Shown piece after piece: positions 11,840-25,859 of a stretch of 64,000 nucleotides of DNA. A model generated the notes under the pieces. The model was not told the DNA's origin, searched no databases, and saw only the letters and a list, made by a program, of their open reading frames with translations. Position numbers and translations under genes: made by a program. Source of the DNA: Nitrospirales bacterium. GTDB taxonomy: Bacteria > Nitrospirota > Nitrospiria > Nitrospirales > UBA8639. How positions within the stretch are numbered: the stretch's first letter is position 1; the number at the start of each line of letters is the position of its first letter. Location of the stretch: contig CBDBCZ010000018.1 of NCBI GenBank assembly GCA_965203295.1, forward strand, positions 224,001 through 288,000, in the 5' to 3' direction.

Positions 11840-12447
11840 ACTTACTTCTTTGTCTGCACTGCCCATGCATAGTTTGTACTTTCAAGTGTATCTATCATAA
11901 CATTTCAACTGTAACAGCTGTAGGGCGTGGAAAACTTCTATGGGTGCTTATTCTCGAGGGGTGCTTACTATCGGGATAAGTTGTTGTAGTTTAATTGGGT
12001 GCCTATATTCATGGGGTGCTTATTTTCGATGGGTGCTTATTATCCCGATTCTACGGTATGTAGGCCAAACTACTCAAGCCCTACACATACGTGTAAATCA
12101 ACACGTACATAATATCACACGTAAAACATACTCGAGCCTATGGTGGCACTTCAACAAAGACCACTCGGTCGAAGACCTGAAAGTGATCCCACTACAACAG
12201 GTACATGATAACCTAACACTACCCCAAGCTGAGAGAAAACTACAGCGGCTAGAAACATTGTGGATATCGAGGCTTGCAACCATGCAGCCACTGGGAATGA
12301 ATTTCATCCGAAGCGATTCCCAAAGGAGAACTTAAAACTATATATAGTGGTCATCGGGCGTGTGAGAATTTCTGCCACACCACAGACTTTTTTATAACCC
12401 GAACAAAATTTTCAAACCAACACAGGGACAAAATGTAGCCATCAGAA

Positions 12448-13260
12448 ATGGCTGGTGCTGGCAGATCCCAAGAGCCTAGTGAGAATACAGGTGATTACCT
12501 AAAGGGAACCATTGAAAAATTAGTTAACTTTTATGAGAATAAACTTAAGTGCAGTTCAAATGTTTGCACAAATATGTACACACTGTCACAGGATCAAAGG
12601 CTAGCAGGGACAAGCCTGGCAAGGCCTTCTTCAGCCTAGAGCATTCCTTTCTCCAGGGCCTCTGCCAACATTTACAGACATGCCATGGAAAGGGCCGCTC
12701 AGAAAAGGAGGCAGTACACATCTGTACAGATGTTAGCAAGTCCTCTTCTTTACGAACAAAGAAACATTGAAAGAAGAGTTTTTGTTAAATGTTGAAGTAA
12801 AGGACCGCCACCTCACCAGCGTGGAGGGAAAGGTGCAGAGTGCAACACAAAATGCCAAGTTGAACCGCATGCGGCAGGGCATTGCATACCTGAGTCTACG
12901 TTTGGACCCTGTTGGGCCTCCTTGAGGCTGACAGTGTCACTGGACTAATCAAAAACCGGTGCAGAGTTCTCAGTAAGAGTGCACGAGAGGCCAATCGTAA
13001 CCGGTTGGAGGACACTGCAGCTGATACACTAGTTTGGCGAGTTGGAAAACTTTGCGAAGTGTAAGGAACTGCACAGCCTCTTTGACAAATCCGTACAAAG
13101 GGGGAAATCAGGGACACCAGTAAGCAAACATTCGCTGTCTGGCTAGCAGGATGTATTCTCCACGCGAACAGTCAACGTCCGGGTGGCATTGTCAATATGA
13201 CATGTAAGGAATTATTCAAAGGAACAGACTGCCGAGATGGACGAGTCATGTACAAAACAG
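12448..13260 (+). pseudogene. tyrosine-recombinase-like gene (copy 3), 3'-truncated
   Basis: SATQNAKLNRMRQGIAYL...ANRNRLED...WLAGCILHANSQRPGGIVNMT aligns with copy 2 (STHNAKLSRIHQGIHFL...ANRERMED...WLAGCLLHTNSQRPGAIANMT). Confidence 0.7.
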
Positions 13261-14387
13261 TACATGTAACAAAACAAGACACACACAACAGGAAGAGTGA
13301 AAGTCAACCATATAACTCATTCTTCCTAGTATCCCAAACAGATAATACATGATTCTTAACTAGTTTCAACAAAGCTTTAAAATCAAACCTGTCCCAATTC
13401 TCACACCCTAAAATAAAGCCTGTTCTCTGAAAATGGAGTGTGCTATAACCCCCTCCCTAATGAATTGTCTCCTATGAAAGTACTTCTATGCTATCGTACG
13501 CAGGACACTCCCAAAGCACATGCACTGCACTCTCACATTCATCCCCACATGACTATCGTCGTTTATACCCCTGTCTACCTAACTCTGCATTCAGCTAGAC
13601 CATTGGTACCTGACCTAATTTAAACATCAATCGAAATATGAATTCCTTTATGTTTTTCAACAGGGCAAAAGTAATGCTGATTCAGAAAAGGGGATTTCAG
13701 GGGAGGGGCAGCTGGTCCTGACAATGCTGACAATGCTGACAAGGCTAGCTGTGCAAAAAGGAACACCAGTGTACGGGATTCAAGTTTCTCCCTCTGTGGT
13801 ACGTATTGCACTGCATGCTAGTGTCAAATACTGTTGAGAAATTTACTTTTGAGAAGTGCACTTTTCTTTTTACAGGCATTTTGTGTTCAAGCCAACGAAG
13901 TGCAAGCTTGAGGAGTGTTTTGAGATAATATACAATGCAAACGTCAGACTACTGACACCATCATTGCTTCCCTTTATACGAAAGGCATGCGGCTTGCCTG
14001 CATGAACAGAGTTTGGGGCGGGAGTGTTTGGGCCCACACTCCCCCCCCCCCCCACCCCCATTTCTGTAACATGGTCTGGGGTGGGAGTGTGAGGGGGGGG
14101 GGGGGGCTTTGAACCTTCATGTGGCCCACACTCCCCCCAGTGTTTGATGATGCGCAATAGGCCAAGAAAATTGCATTCACAGTGCTGGGGGGGGAGGGTG
14201 GTGGAGTTCCGCCACTGCAGTGAAATCCGGAGGAGGTTGGAAGAGCTCCTTTGTGCATTGAAATAGCATGTGACAATGACCTTAGTACAGAAATAGCCTT
14301 AGAGATTCAGATTTTGCTCTTCTGCCTAAGTATTTCAGTTACGAACTTCAAAAGGTTTTTTTTTCCCCAAAAGGCGGTATAAACTTC

Positions 14388-17300
14388 AGTCAGGGGGGAG
14401 AATTACACACAAGTGCCCTGCCTACAAGACTCGAACACGCGTCGCCGGTCTGGGAGGGGGGAGGGGGTGACATACACAAAACCGCCCTGTCTACAACACT
14501 CTAACACAAGTCGCCGGTCATGGAGGGGGAAAAGGGGTGACATACACACAACCACCCTGCCTACAAGACTGAAACACAAGTCGCCAGTCAGGGGATGGAG
14601 AACTACACACGACCACGCTACCTACATGACTCGAACACAAGTCACTGATGAAGTAGGGAGGAAGGGGTGTTATAAAGACAACTGCCCTGCTTATAAGACT
14701 CAAGCACAATTTGCCGATCAGGGAGGGGGTGATATACACACAACTGCCCTGCCTGCAAGACTCAAACACAAGTCGCCGATCAGGGAGGGGGTGATATACA
14801 CACAACTGTTCTGCCTACAAGACTTGAACACACGTCGCCGGTCAGGGAGGGGGGAAAGGGGTGACATACACACAACCACCCTGCCTACAAGACTGAAAAA
14901 CAAGTCGCCGGTCAGGGGATGGAGAACTACACACAACCACGCTACCTACAAGACTCGAACACAAGTCACCGATGAGGGAGGGAGGAGGGGGTGACATACA
15001 CATAACTGCCCTGCCTATAAGACTCAAGCACAAGGCTGATCGGGGAGAGGGTGATATACACATAACTGCCCTGCCTGCAAGACTCAAACACAAGTCGCCA
15101 ATCAGGAAGGGGGTGACATACTTACAACCGCCCTGCTTACAAAACTCGAACGCAAGTCGCCAGTCAGGGAGGGGGTGAACTGCACACAATCGCCCTGTCT
15201 ACAACACTCCAACACAAATCGCCGGTCAGAGGCGTGGGATGACTACACACAGCCGCCCTGCTTACAAGACTCAAACACAAGTGGCCGGTCAGGGAGGGGG
15301 GAGGGGGTGACATACATACAACTGACCTGCTTACATGACTTGAACACAAGTCGCCGGTCAGGGAAGGGGGAGGGGGTGACATACACACAACTGCCTACAA
15401 GACTCAAACACAAGTTGCCGATCAGGGAGGGGGTGATATACACACAACTGCCCTGCCTGCAAGACTCGAACACAAGTTGCCGATCAGGAAGGGGGTGACA
15501 TACATACAACCGCCCTGCTTACAAAACTCGAACGCAAGTCGCCAGTCAGAGAGGGGGAGAACTGCACACAATCGCCCTGTCTACAACACTCCAACACTTG
15601 TCGCCGGTCAGGGGCGGGGGATGACTACACACAACCGCCCTGCCTACAAGACTCAAACACAACTGGTCGCTCAGGAAGGGGGGAGAGGGTGACATACACA
15701 CAACCGACCTGCTTACACGGCTCGAACACAGGTCAGGGAAGGGGGAAGGGGTGACATATAGTGCAACCAGGCATGTACTTCCAAAAATCTTTTTTTGCGG
15801 TAACTTCAGACAGGAATGACGTATCCTCGAGATTTTTTTTTGCATTTTGCAGCTCTGGAGATTTGTAATGCAATGATATATTTTTTGTATACCTGGCCTG
15901 CTTGCAAAGACTAGATTTAGAGTTACCCGTCAATTTTGGCGGCTTATGACATCACCAAAATCAAAAATTTACCGGGATGTGACGTCATTACGTTGTTGCC
16001 GCGTGGTTGCCGCGTGTTTGCCGCGAATAAAAGCGCTGCCGAGTTTGTCGCTATATTCAGCCTCTAAAGTAGCTCTACCGATGCTAATGGGCAAGAATCA
16101 GCTGGAGACCAGATGGGAGAAGGCAAGTGAAGAGTGAAAAGCCGAAATTTTGGCAAGGAGAGCTCAAATACAGCTGAAACTGAGACAACAAACTGAACGT
16201 GGCGGTAGTGACGCTAAAAAGTAAGTTTAAATGACTTTTGCTAGGCTTTGTGCGCTTTCTGAAGGTGCACTAGGCACTATTGGTGAGGGTTTTGATCCTG
16301 TTTGTTGTATAAACTAGAGCATGAGGTCTTACTGCAGTCACAGCTTTGAAGTTTTCGAGTTCACACCTATTACTTGACTATTTTTGGTGTTTCTAGGTTA
16401 AAAAGCATCTCTTGCTTGGACAGACTAAAGGCTCAAAGCTGGCTAATGTGCTTAACAGCAAGTGTGATAAGAATGCACATCAATAAAGGGACCATACGAC
16501 ACAGTGGATGTTTGATACGTATCGGCTGATCCCGAGAATGAAAAACAAGTCATGAGGGGTCGAGATAGGCCTGAAAGGATAGGGTTTCACTTGAAATTGG
16601 TAAAAGTATGTGAGTCTTGGAAGATCTGACGTAGGAAAGGAGATAGAAAGCAAATCAAATCTTAGAGAAGATTTCTGAACATCAAGAATTATGACCCCGA
16701 TTTTGTATGAAGTGTAATTTCTTTGTTATAGATGGTATTAAAAAAACTCTCTATTAGAAATGTTACCTATTGCATGTACCTTCTGTATTATGTTTCAAGT
16801 TGTTGTGAAAAGTTGAAAAAGTACATAGCATTTCTCCAGTGCCACCTCAACAAACGTTTAAAATTTTTTTAAAAAATGTAAGAGCCCAAAATCAATTCTG
16901 CTCTGATAGAACTTTTCCTTGTTGAGTGCTTTCAAATGATACCCATTTTGTTGCAATTGGATGAACTATGTAGAAGTACTTAGTGAAACAATGAAATTGC
17001 ATTTTTAGACTTAATTAGCATGACGTTATCGTTACGATGGAAACAGCCGGCACTTTATTGCTTCTTGTGGGTGGGGTCACTTTTCCAAGTTTCAGGTTCC
17101 TCTGATGTAGAATCAGGAAGTTATGTCAAGATTTGTTATTTTTGCAATTTTTGGAAGTACATGCCTGGTTGCACTATACACACAACCACCCTGCCTACAA
17201 GACTCAAACACAAGTGGCCGCTCAGGAAGGAGGGAGGCGGTGACATACACACAACCGACCTGCTTACACGGCTCGAACACAGGTCAGGGAAGGGTAAGGG

Positions 17301-18925
17301 TGACATACACACAACCGCCCTGCCTACAAGACTCAAAACACAAGTGGCCAGTCAGGAAGGGGGGAGGGGGTGACATACACACAAACGCCCTGCCTACAAG
17401 ACTCAAAACACAAGTGGCCAGTCAGGGAGGGGGGAGGGGGTGACATACACACAAACGCCCTGCCTACAAGACTCAAACACAAGTTGCCGAACAGGAAGGG
17501 GGTGACATACACATAACCACCCTGCTTACAAGACTCGAAGACAAGTCGCCGGTATGGGAGGGGGTGACATACACACAACTGCCCTTCCTACAAGACTCGA
17601 ACACAAGTCGCCGGTCAGGGAGAGGAAGAACTACACACAACTGCCCTGCCTCACTCGAACACAAGTCAACGATGAACGAGGGATGAAGGGATGGCATACA
17701 CACAACTGCCCTGCCTATAACAATCAAGCACAAGTTGCCGATCAGGAAGGGGGTGATATATATACAACTGCCCTGCTTACAAAACTCGAACGCAAGTCGC
17801 CAATCAGGGAGGGGGAGAACTACACACAATCGCCCTGTCTACAACACTTCAACACAAGTCACCGGTCAGAGGCGGGGGGTGACTACACACAACTGCCCTG
17901 CCTACAAGACTCAAACACAAGTGGGCGGTCAGGGAGGGGGGAGGGGGTGACATACACACAAACACTCTGCCTACAAGTCTCAAAGACAAGTCGCCGGTCA
18001 GGGGCAGGAGAGAACTACACACAACCGCCCTGCCTACAAGTATCAAACACAAGTCGCCGGTCAGGGGCAGAAGAGAACTACACAAAACCGCCTTGCCTAC
18101 AAGACTCGAACACAAGTCGCTAGTCAGAGGGTTGGGGGGGGAATTACACACAAGCGCCCTGCCTACAAGATTCGAACGCACGTCGCTGGTCAGGGAGGGG
18201 GGAGAGGGGTGACATACACACAACCACCCTGCCTACAAGACTCGAACACAAGTCACCAATGAGGGAGGGAGGAGGGGGTGACATACACACAACTGCCCTT
18301 CCTATAAGAGTCAAACACAAGTTGCTGATCGGGGAGGGGGTGATATACACAACTGCCCTGCCTGCAAGACTCGAACACAAGTCACCGATCAGGAAGGGGG
18401 TGACATACATACAACCGCCCTGCTTACAAAACTCGAACGCAAGTCGCCAGTCAGTGAGGGGAAGAACTGCACACAATCGCCCTGTTTACAACACTCCAAC
18501 ACTAGGCGTGGGATGACTACACACAACCGCCCTGCCTACAAGACTCAAACACAAGCGGCCGGTCAGGGAGGGGGGAGGGGGTGACATACATACAACTGAC
18601 CTGCTTACACGACTCGAACACAAGTCGTCGATCAGGGAAGGAGGAGTGGGTGACATACATACAATCACCCTGCTTACAAAACTCGAACACAAGTCGCCAG
18701 TCAGGCAGGGGAAGAACTACACACATCCGTCCTGTCTACAAGACTGAAACACAAGTCGCCGGTCAGGGAGAGGGGAAAGGGGTGGCATACACACAACCAC
18801 CCTGCCTACAAGACTGAAACACAAGTCGCTGGTCAGGGGATGGAGAACTACACACAACCATCCCACCTACAAGACTCGAACAAAGTCGCCGATCAGGGAG
18901 GGGGGAGGGGGTGACATACACACGA
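14388..18925 (+). repeat. ~55-60-bp satellite array (gggggtgacatacacacaaccgccctgcctacaagactcgaacacaagtcgccggtcaggga), interrupted at 15759-17176
   Basis: Dozens of diverged tandem units visible directly. Confidence 0.95.
15759..17176. mobile_element. non-autonomous TIR element inserted in the satellite
   Basis: 28-bp TIR tagtgcaaccaggcatgtacttccaaaa; TA duplication (15757-15758, 17177-17178) restores the satellite unit gtgacaTAcacacaacc; no convincing ORF. Confidence 0.9.
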
Positions 18926-18929
18926 AGTC

Positions 18930-20900
18930 ACTATTACTAGGAACTTTCTCTATCGTTACCGATATCCAGTATCCCCCAGAATCGCTGAGGAAAGTCGTTC
19001 CTACGGAAGACTAGTTGACCAAGCATCATCGGTTACAGAACGTCATAAACTGAGCAAATATTATGGAGTTACTGGAGAAGCCCCTTTCTGTATGATCTCT
19101 GTGGCTTTGACTCCGTGTATGACCTTGTAATTAATGTCATGCATGCAGTGGTGTTGAACCTTATCAGGTCTGAACTTGAACACCATTTATTGGCAGAAGG
19201 TGGACCACTGAAACGGGCAGACTTGGCAGAGGCACTAGGGTATGTGCAATGGACGTCTGAACTCAAGGATGGCCGACTTCCAAATGTCCCACAAACATAC
19301 AACCGACAAAGCAAGCATCGCCTCGGACACTGGAAATCAGAAGAGTTCACCAAGTTTGCCACTGTAGCCCCCTATGTCCTTCACAGTCTCATCCCCAAAC
19401 CAGCTTATGAATGCTTTCTCCTACTAACACGAATCCACCAATTGATATTCTCCAAGCAATTAAGGATTGAAGGTTGGACAGCTGCTGACTGCAACTTGCT
19501 GGCATCCCTTCTTTGGAGACATGCCATTCTGTACGAGAGGCTATATGTACTGTCTGCATGTACAGAAAGTGTGGACTATTCTCACCACCTTCCAGATGAC
19601 TTGCATCGGCATTCAACACCTGATAACTACTGGTGCTATTTGTACGAGCGACTAGTACGACACTACAAACAACAGACAACCAACCAAAAACAACTTTGTA
19701 AAACTTACAGCGACAGAGTGTCAGTTGCAGTTCATACGAGACTACTTTGCTGCATATACAGAAGAGAGGCAGAATGAAGACCACCCACTTGAACTTTATG
19801 AAGATCCTGTCCTCCTGGTGAGGAAGACGGCAGATTAGGCTTTTGTGTTAAAGGAAAAGGTCAGCAAGGAAGAGGTAAACGTACAGGTGGTAATTAACTT
19901 CATGCTGGAGTATTTAACTCACATCCTTAAAGGGTGCCTCCCCCCCGCCCCAACCCACAATAATATTATGGCTTTTTTTTATTGTTGCCAAGATTTTATC
20001 GGGGGAAAACTGCCCTTTTTTGGGGGGGGGGGGGGGACACAGGAATTTTCCAAAGTCCCCCCTTCCCCTACCTACAGTGTATGAAGCCCTGCATGCATCC
20101 TTGTAAGAGTATGGCTGGAAATTTGGAGCTTAATATTGAATGTCTAATTCAGACTTCTCACCCCTTACATGTATTGTACACAAAATGCAGATGCCAGAGC
20201 CTGTGAGGAGACACTACCAGAGTGGGATACTGATTGGGTGTCCCAAGCTCATTACACTGTCTTCACGGCAACATCGTGATGTCACTCACTGGATTCTGAA
20301 ACAATCAACTGTTCCAGACGATGAAATTCCGTCATCAGCAGTCTCCTATGCGCGGATTCTAAAAGCAATGCTCTTGAGATGGCGGCTGTCTATAAGGTCG
20401 GAGATTACGTAATCCTCCAGGATAGTGAGGTGGACAGTCGAGAGCGGGTGATGCAAGTCACTGAATTCCTTGTATTCGGTGCAGTCTGTGGTAAATACCA
20501 TAGTTTTTGTTCACGGCAATTACCTAATTGACTAATCAAGCCGTGGCTGCATAGACTACGATAACTGGACAAAGCAGCCGAAGATGGTAAAACGACACTT
20601 TGAGCGACTGCGAGTACTGCCCATGTGTCTTATCCGACGAAAAGTAACTATTTACCCTGATCCCAACAACAAGGCTACCCCATCGTTCTTTGTAATTGAC
20701 CTGGTAGACAGCGAGCCCGTGACCGTTTTACATTACCCAGAACCGGATGAAGTAGTGAAGGTAGACGAGAAACTGCTGTATGTGGTGTCAACAGACAGCA
20801 AGGAGCAGAACGCCCGAGACAATCCACATTGGAAACTACATGGGCCTGCATGGATTTTGTGAACATTCAACATGTACAACCTAGAAGGATCTTCAACCGT
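18930..20900 (+). pseudogene. Tnp2/CACTA(EnSpm)-like transposase, C-terminal part, with probable introns
   Basis: YGVTG...DLVINVMHAVVLNL, DGRLP...GHWKSEEF, HHL.DD..RH....NYWCYLYER match the Tnp2/DUF4218-type region. Confidence 0.65.
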
Positions 20901-21192
20901 TTCCAGATTTAGTTAGTGTAGCTATGTATGCATGTACTAGTACTGCATGCTTGTATACTTACCAGCTATAGTGAGCAAGGTCGTGTACGCTTGCTACATG
21001 GCCCGTGTACTACTCCGGCTGTTGAGGGTAAAAAATAAAGTAAGCCGAAACATTTCTAAACTGTATGCAGCTCACCTGTCTGCTCCCAATCCTTGTAATT
21101 TACTATGGGCCCATGGGCTCACTCGTGAGCACGGCACGTGCTTACATTTGGAGTGCGCACTATTTAAAATTCACCACCCCTACTTTAATTAA

Positions 21193-22593
21193 CCGATTAT
21201 ACGCGGGAATTATTTCGCGAGGCTATACCGTATAGCGAAATTAATCGTATGGCGGAAATATTTTTTTGCCTCGTTGGCAAAAACTGTTTGTAGCTGCTAA
21301 ACGCTGTAAGATCGCTACAGGCAACCAGGTACCATGGTGAAGCGCGATGGCAGGGCTTTCCAACGGCGCCAAGATCGCCTGGCTGTCACCACTCTGGACG
21401 AAGATAGCATGCTACATCTCGCGCGGTAAGTTATTTTTGTTAGCGGTAGCTACCGACGCTTGGCCATTATCGGATTTTTCTGTCACTTTGTGATAGAAGG
21501 GACAAGTAATGGCTAGGCCTAGGTGTAGGCATGTGTGTGTAAGTGGCTTGCTACTATATATAATGGTAGCAGCGCTAAAAAAGCTTAGTTTTTCCTGGGT
21601 AGTGAGACCGGATTTTTAACGCCTGGAACCCGAGACAAAGTATACGAGCTCAGTAAGCTTTTAAGCTTTTGTAGGTCTGTGGATACAGCAGATAGCATTC
21701 TAAAGTAAGAAATACTTCATTACTAACTAGACAGAAGCTATAGAGATGGATAAAGTGAGGAGAGTCGAGATGGGTGTGTGTGTGTCAGGAGGGGGGAAAA
21801 ATGTCGGAAGCAGACGCTAGGTAGAGGGAAGTGATTCACTGCTCTGCTCCCGCCAGGTGTTTGTGCCTCTTCTGATAGCAGTCACAGGAAGAGTCTCCAC
21901 TATAAACAACCAGATGTCACAGTTTTTGACAAATCCGTGACGTTATGGTGTCTGTGGTGGTGGGACGGAAATGGTCGGGCTGACGGGAGGGAATGAACAC
22001 GCTTGTATGGAAGCAAGGATGACTACCAGGTGGGCATAGTGGGGATGCTGTGGAGGGAAAAGGGTTTCCCATAGATTGTTCATAAGGGGATAGAGAGACT
22101 GGTATGTGCAGAGATGCTCTGAGTGAAGGTTGGAGAGTCCAGCTGTGTTGGGACAAGAGTTTCATCATATCTCTCCTCTTGTTGTAGGCTCACAGCAGTT
22201 CACCACAGCCCTCCTCACCTCCAACATGGTTTCCTGCGAGTCATCCTCATTCTCTTCCATCATAACAGCATCCAGAACTGAAGATACAGATGTGCAGGGG
22301 CTCTTTTTAGCTTCATTTTTAGCTGTTGTACAGTATAGGAGTGTTGCTGTTATCAACAATTTTATAGTTACTATACTGAATCCATAACAGTGCTTACTAT
22401 AATTCTATTCATAGTATTACGTACCTCAGGAAGTGTAGTAAAGACCTACAAGTGTCCGCTCGCTCTTAGCTCCTCCCGCTTCCAGCACAGCACAGTAAAG
22501 GTAATACCGTTGACAATGACGCCTATAGGCGTCTACCGCGCTTAACGCATTTTGCACGCGTGACGCCTATAGGCGTCAATCGCGTATAATCGG
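21193..22593. mobile_element. piggyBac-type non-autonomous element
   Basis: 13-bp TIR ccgattatacgcg with TTAA on both sides (21189-21192, 22594-22597); subterminal palindrome tgacgcctataggcgtc at 22518 and 22561. Confidence 0.88.
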
Positions 22594-22919
22594 TTAAAGC
22601 CCTGTCCGCAAACGGACAAAGGCGTCTTTGTGTAGCAGCATGGTAGTGCGCCGTGCGTCTGACTCGCAGACAAAGCCCTTTATGTAGTAGTAATAAGTTC
22701 ATAATACTGTTGTATAACAGTCATAGATAGTAAAGTAGGTTGTACGAGACTATTGAAAAGTTTGAACTGTCGGATTTACTCCTGCAGCAGTTTCTGGTGT
22801 GGAATCGGTAAGGAAACTTGTGTCTTACATTCGATTTTGTGCAGAGCATACACGGCCCACTTGACCAGTGTATTTCTGTCTTGCCTTTAATAGGAATATA
22901 CATGTATGTCTCTTATCTC

Positions 22920-23780
<861 letters not shown>

Positions 23781-24783
23781 CTAGTGATATGCAGGGCATA
23801 GTGGGGTGAGCCTTCGCGAAGTATGCAGCATGTAACAGAAATGTGATGACAAAATGAGAAAAGTATACAATCTATGTGCACAAATGTTTCAGAATCATTT
23901 CTTTCTGCCTGTTCTGTGCTCTATTTCAGAGCGTCTAGCTGCAGCCTGCAGGCGATCATTGTAGTGCACAAAGTGCAATGGATCTTTTCAATGAAAGTCA
24001 GGTATATAGTGTCTTTATTCTGTGGAAGTGTGGCCGTAAAAGAATGAAGAAGACATCTGAGCTCAGAGATTTATGCAATTATACAGCAATGGTTATCATA
24101 ACAGTATTAGACTTTAGGAAGTCTTACATGTCTGTAATTCCATGCTTATGAAACAAGGAACTTGAGTCAACAATTTCACATGCAACTATAAACGTGCAGA
24201 GTTAAATTGCTGTTTTTCAGCCTTTTACTGCAAAATGTAACTTATGTTGGTGGGGGCAAAAAAAAAAAAACAACAACATGGCATCGTGTCGGTGTTTAGT
24301 TACTTTCGGCTCCTTGATGTCCTGCATTCTGCCTATAGAATCATGCAGCTGTCTACTGCTGCAAATGCTGTCGAGCCTGGGCCTTGTCCTGCATGTCATT
24401 CAAGTTAGGAGTGCCATGCTGGAATATCTTTTCTATCAGTTGCTGTTGATAATCTAAGTGCTGCTGTGTGTGCTTTACTAACATTGTACGGATGTACAGG
24501 GATTTTCCTGCTTCTTGCAATTTTACAACCGTATACCGTAAAAAGGAAGTGGTTAATTACTTAGCGCATGTGCATATGTTTACAGTATGCACGTGCTAAG
24601 ATGGCGCTGCCAAATACAAGTGCCACTGACCAGCAGACAGTTTCACAGCCTTTTGTATCTGGTAGTACTTAGCAGTCGCCTCTAGTTTTTCCCCTAGCAG
24701 CTTTTGTGCAGAGTGGCATGCGAAATAGTTCTGTCTTCTCGTTGCCCATTTCAATTGGCGCCTCCCCTTCTACTGGCCAGGGA

Positions 24784-25814
24784 ATGGCGATGCAGAGACC
24801 CGCGGCCCCGATACCTGAGAAGGTAAGTTTTCTGTCTACTTGATACTTTTCTAATCATGCTCTTGTTTGCTAGGTAATCGTACGTATCCTGTTTCGGTAT
24901 CATTCGCATATGCGGATTGATACACATAATTATAAGCCACGCCCAAGAATCCATACCCGGTACCATTATGACAATTGAGTCAATAAAGTATGGCAGCGGG
25001 TGTCCATTATAACTTTTGCGTTTCCCAGATGGAGTACTCATATCGGGTGAAGATTTGCAAAAAGGACAGTCCATGGCGAACTTTGCATCACTTTCATGAG
25101 AAGTTCCGCTCTCCGACGGAAATTAAGGCTCAGCTAATGGATGAATTTTGTGATGATGTACCTGCATCTACTCGTTTTTCAGTGGGTTATTTTGAAGGAA
25201 AACAGTCAAAAAAACTAGCGCTAGTCAATAGAGATGACCTCAGAGCCATGTACTCATCCTCACATGGTGGTGAAATTCAACTTTGGTGTGATGCACCCGA
25301 CACCAGTAGTTCTGATAAGAAAGAGAATAAGAAGAGCTGTATGGAAGAGAAGGATGCATCTGCAAATGAAATTTTTCATGAACTACAGGAAAAGCATGGG
25401 AATAAGTATCCAAACCCTGCTCTGCGACTATGGTCACGAATGATAGCATCTGGGGTGCATGAGAGCAAAGATGACCCACCTGCTGTGCCAATGATAAGTG
25501 GGAATACTAGTAAACGCAAGGGCAGAGAGTCTTTTACAGATGCATTTGTCGGTGCCTGCTCTGCTGTAGTTGAGGCTATAAAACCTCCAACCACAAGTAC
25601 ACAAGCGACCCAGAATACCCCACCTCCCAAGCGAGTATGTACCTCAGCAGACCGGGGAACAGTTCTCTCGCCTGGCCGAACAGTTGAGCTGAGAACAAAG
25701 TACATGGAGCAACTCAGTGCTCTGAAGAAAGTCTATGAAGATGGTGTGCTAACTCAGGATGAATTTATGGAACAGAAGAAAATAATTCTTGGTAATTTGC
25801 GTACGTTACAGTAA
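24784..25814 (+). CDS. uncharacterised transposon-accessory-like protein (PB1-like N-terminus, SHOCT-like C-terminus); probable exons 24784-24822 + 25029-25814
   Basis: Open ORF; VGYFEG...DDLRAMY...IQLWCD and LSALKKVYEDGVLTQDEFMEQKKIIL; GT..AG phase-0 intron joins MAMQRPAAPIPEK to MEYSY. Confidence 0.65.
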
Positions 25815-25859
25815 CTTTTATTATGGTATACGCATATAATATACATGTATTGTTTGTAG

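Larger units (their letters stand above)
9636..12056 (+). mobile_element. pogo-superfamily (POGK/Passer-like) DNA transposon with HIRAN cargo
   Basis: Perfect 25-bp TIR ccgtagaatcgggataataagcacc, TA TSD (9634-9635, 12057-12058), ggtgctta subterminal repeats; removing it restores the host GIY-YIG frame (Q-Y-V-G). Confidence 0.95.
7957..12335 (+). mobile_element. Penelope-like retroelement (RT + C-terminal GIY-YIG), 5'-truncated, interrupted by a pogo insertion
   Basis: RT motifs KIHK..RPIVS, DVSSLYTNIP, QRQGTAMGTKMAPAYAN, KRFIDDIF, FLDI; Cys-rich linker; VVYLIQCNKCQKQY continues after 12057 as VGQT...R...H...E..WI..L....P.GMN; one in-frame TGA at 8932. Confidence 0.92.

Noticed and set aside
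14413..18817. Many overlapping ORFs, or a CRISPR-like array, in the satellite (also 31540-34240)
   Set aside because: Tandem diverged monomers without unique spacers, no cas genes, eukaryotic context
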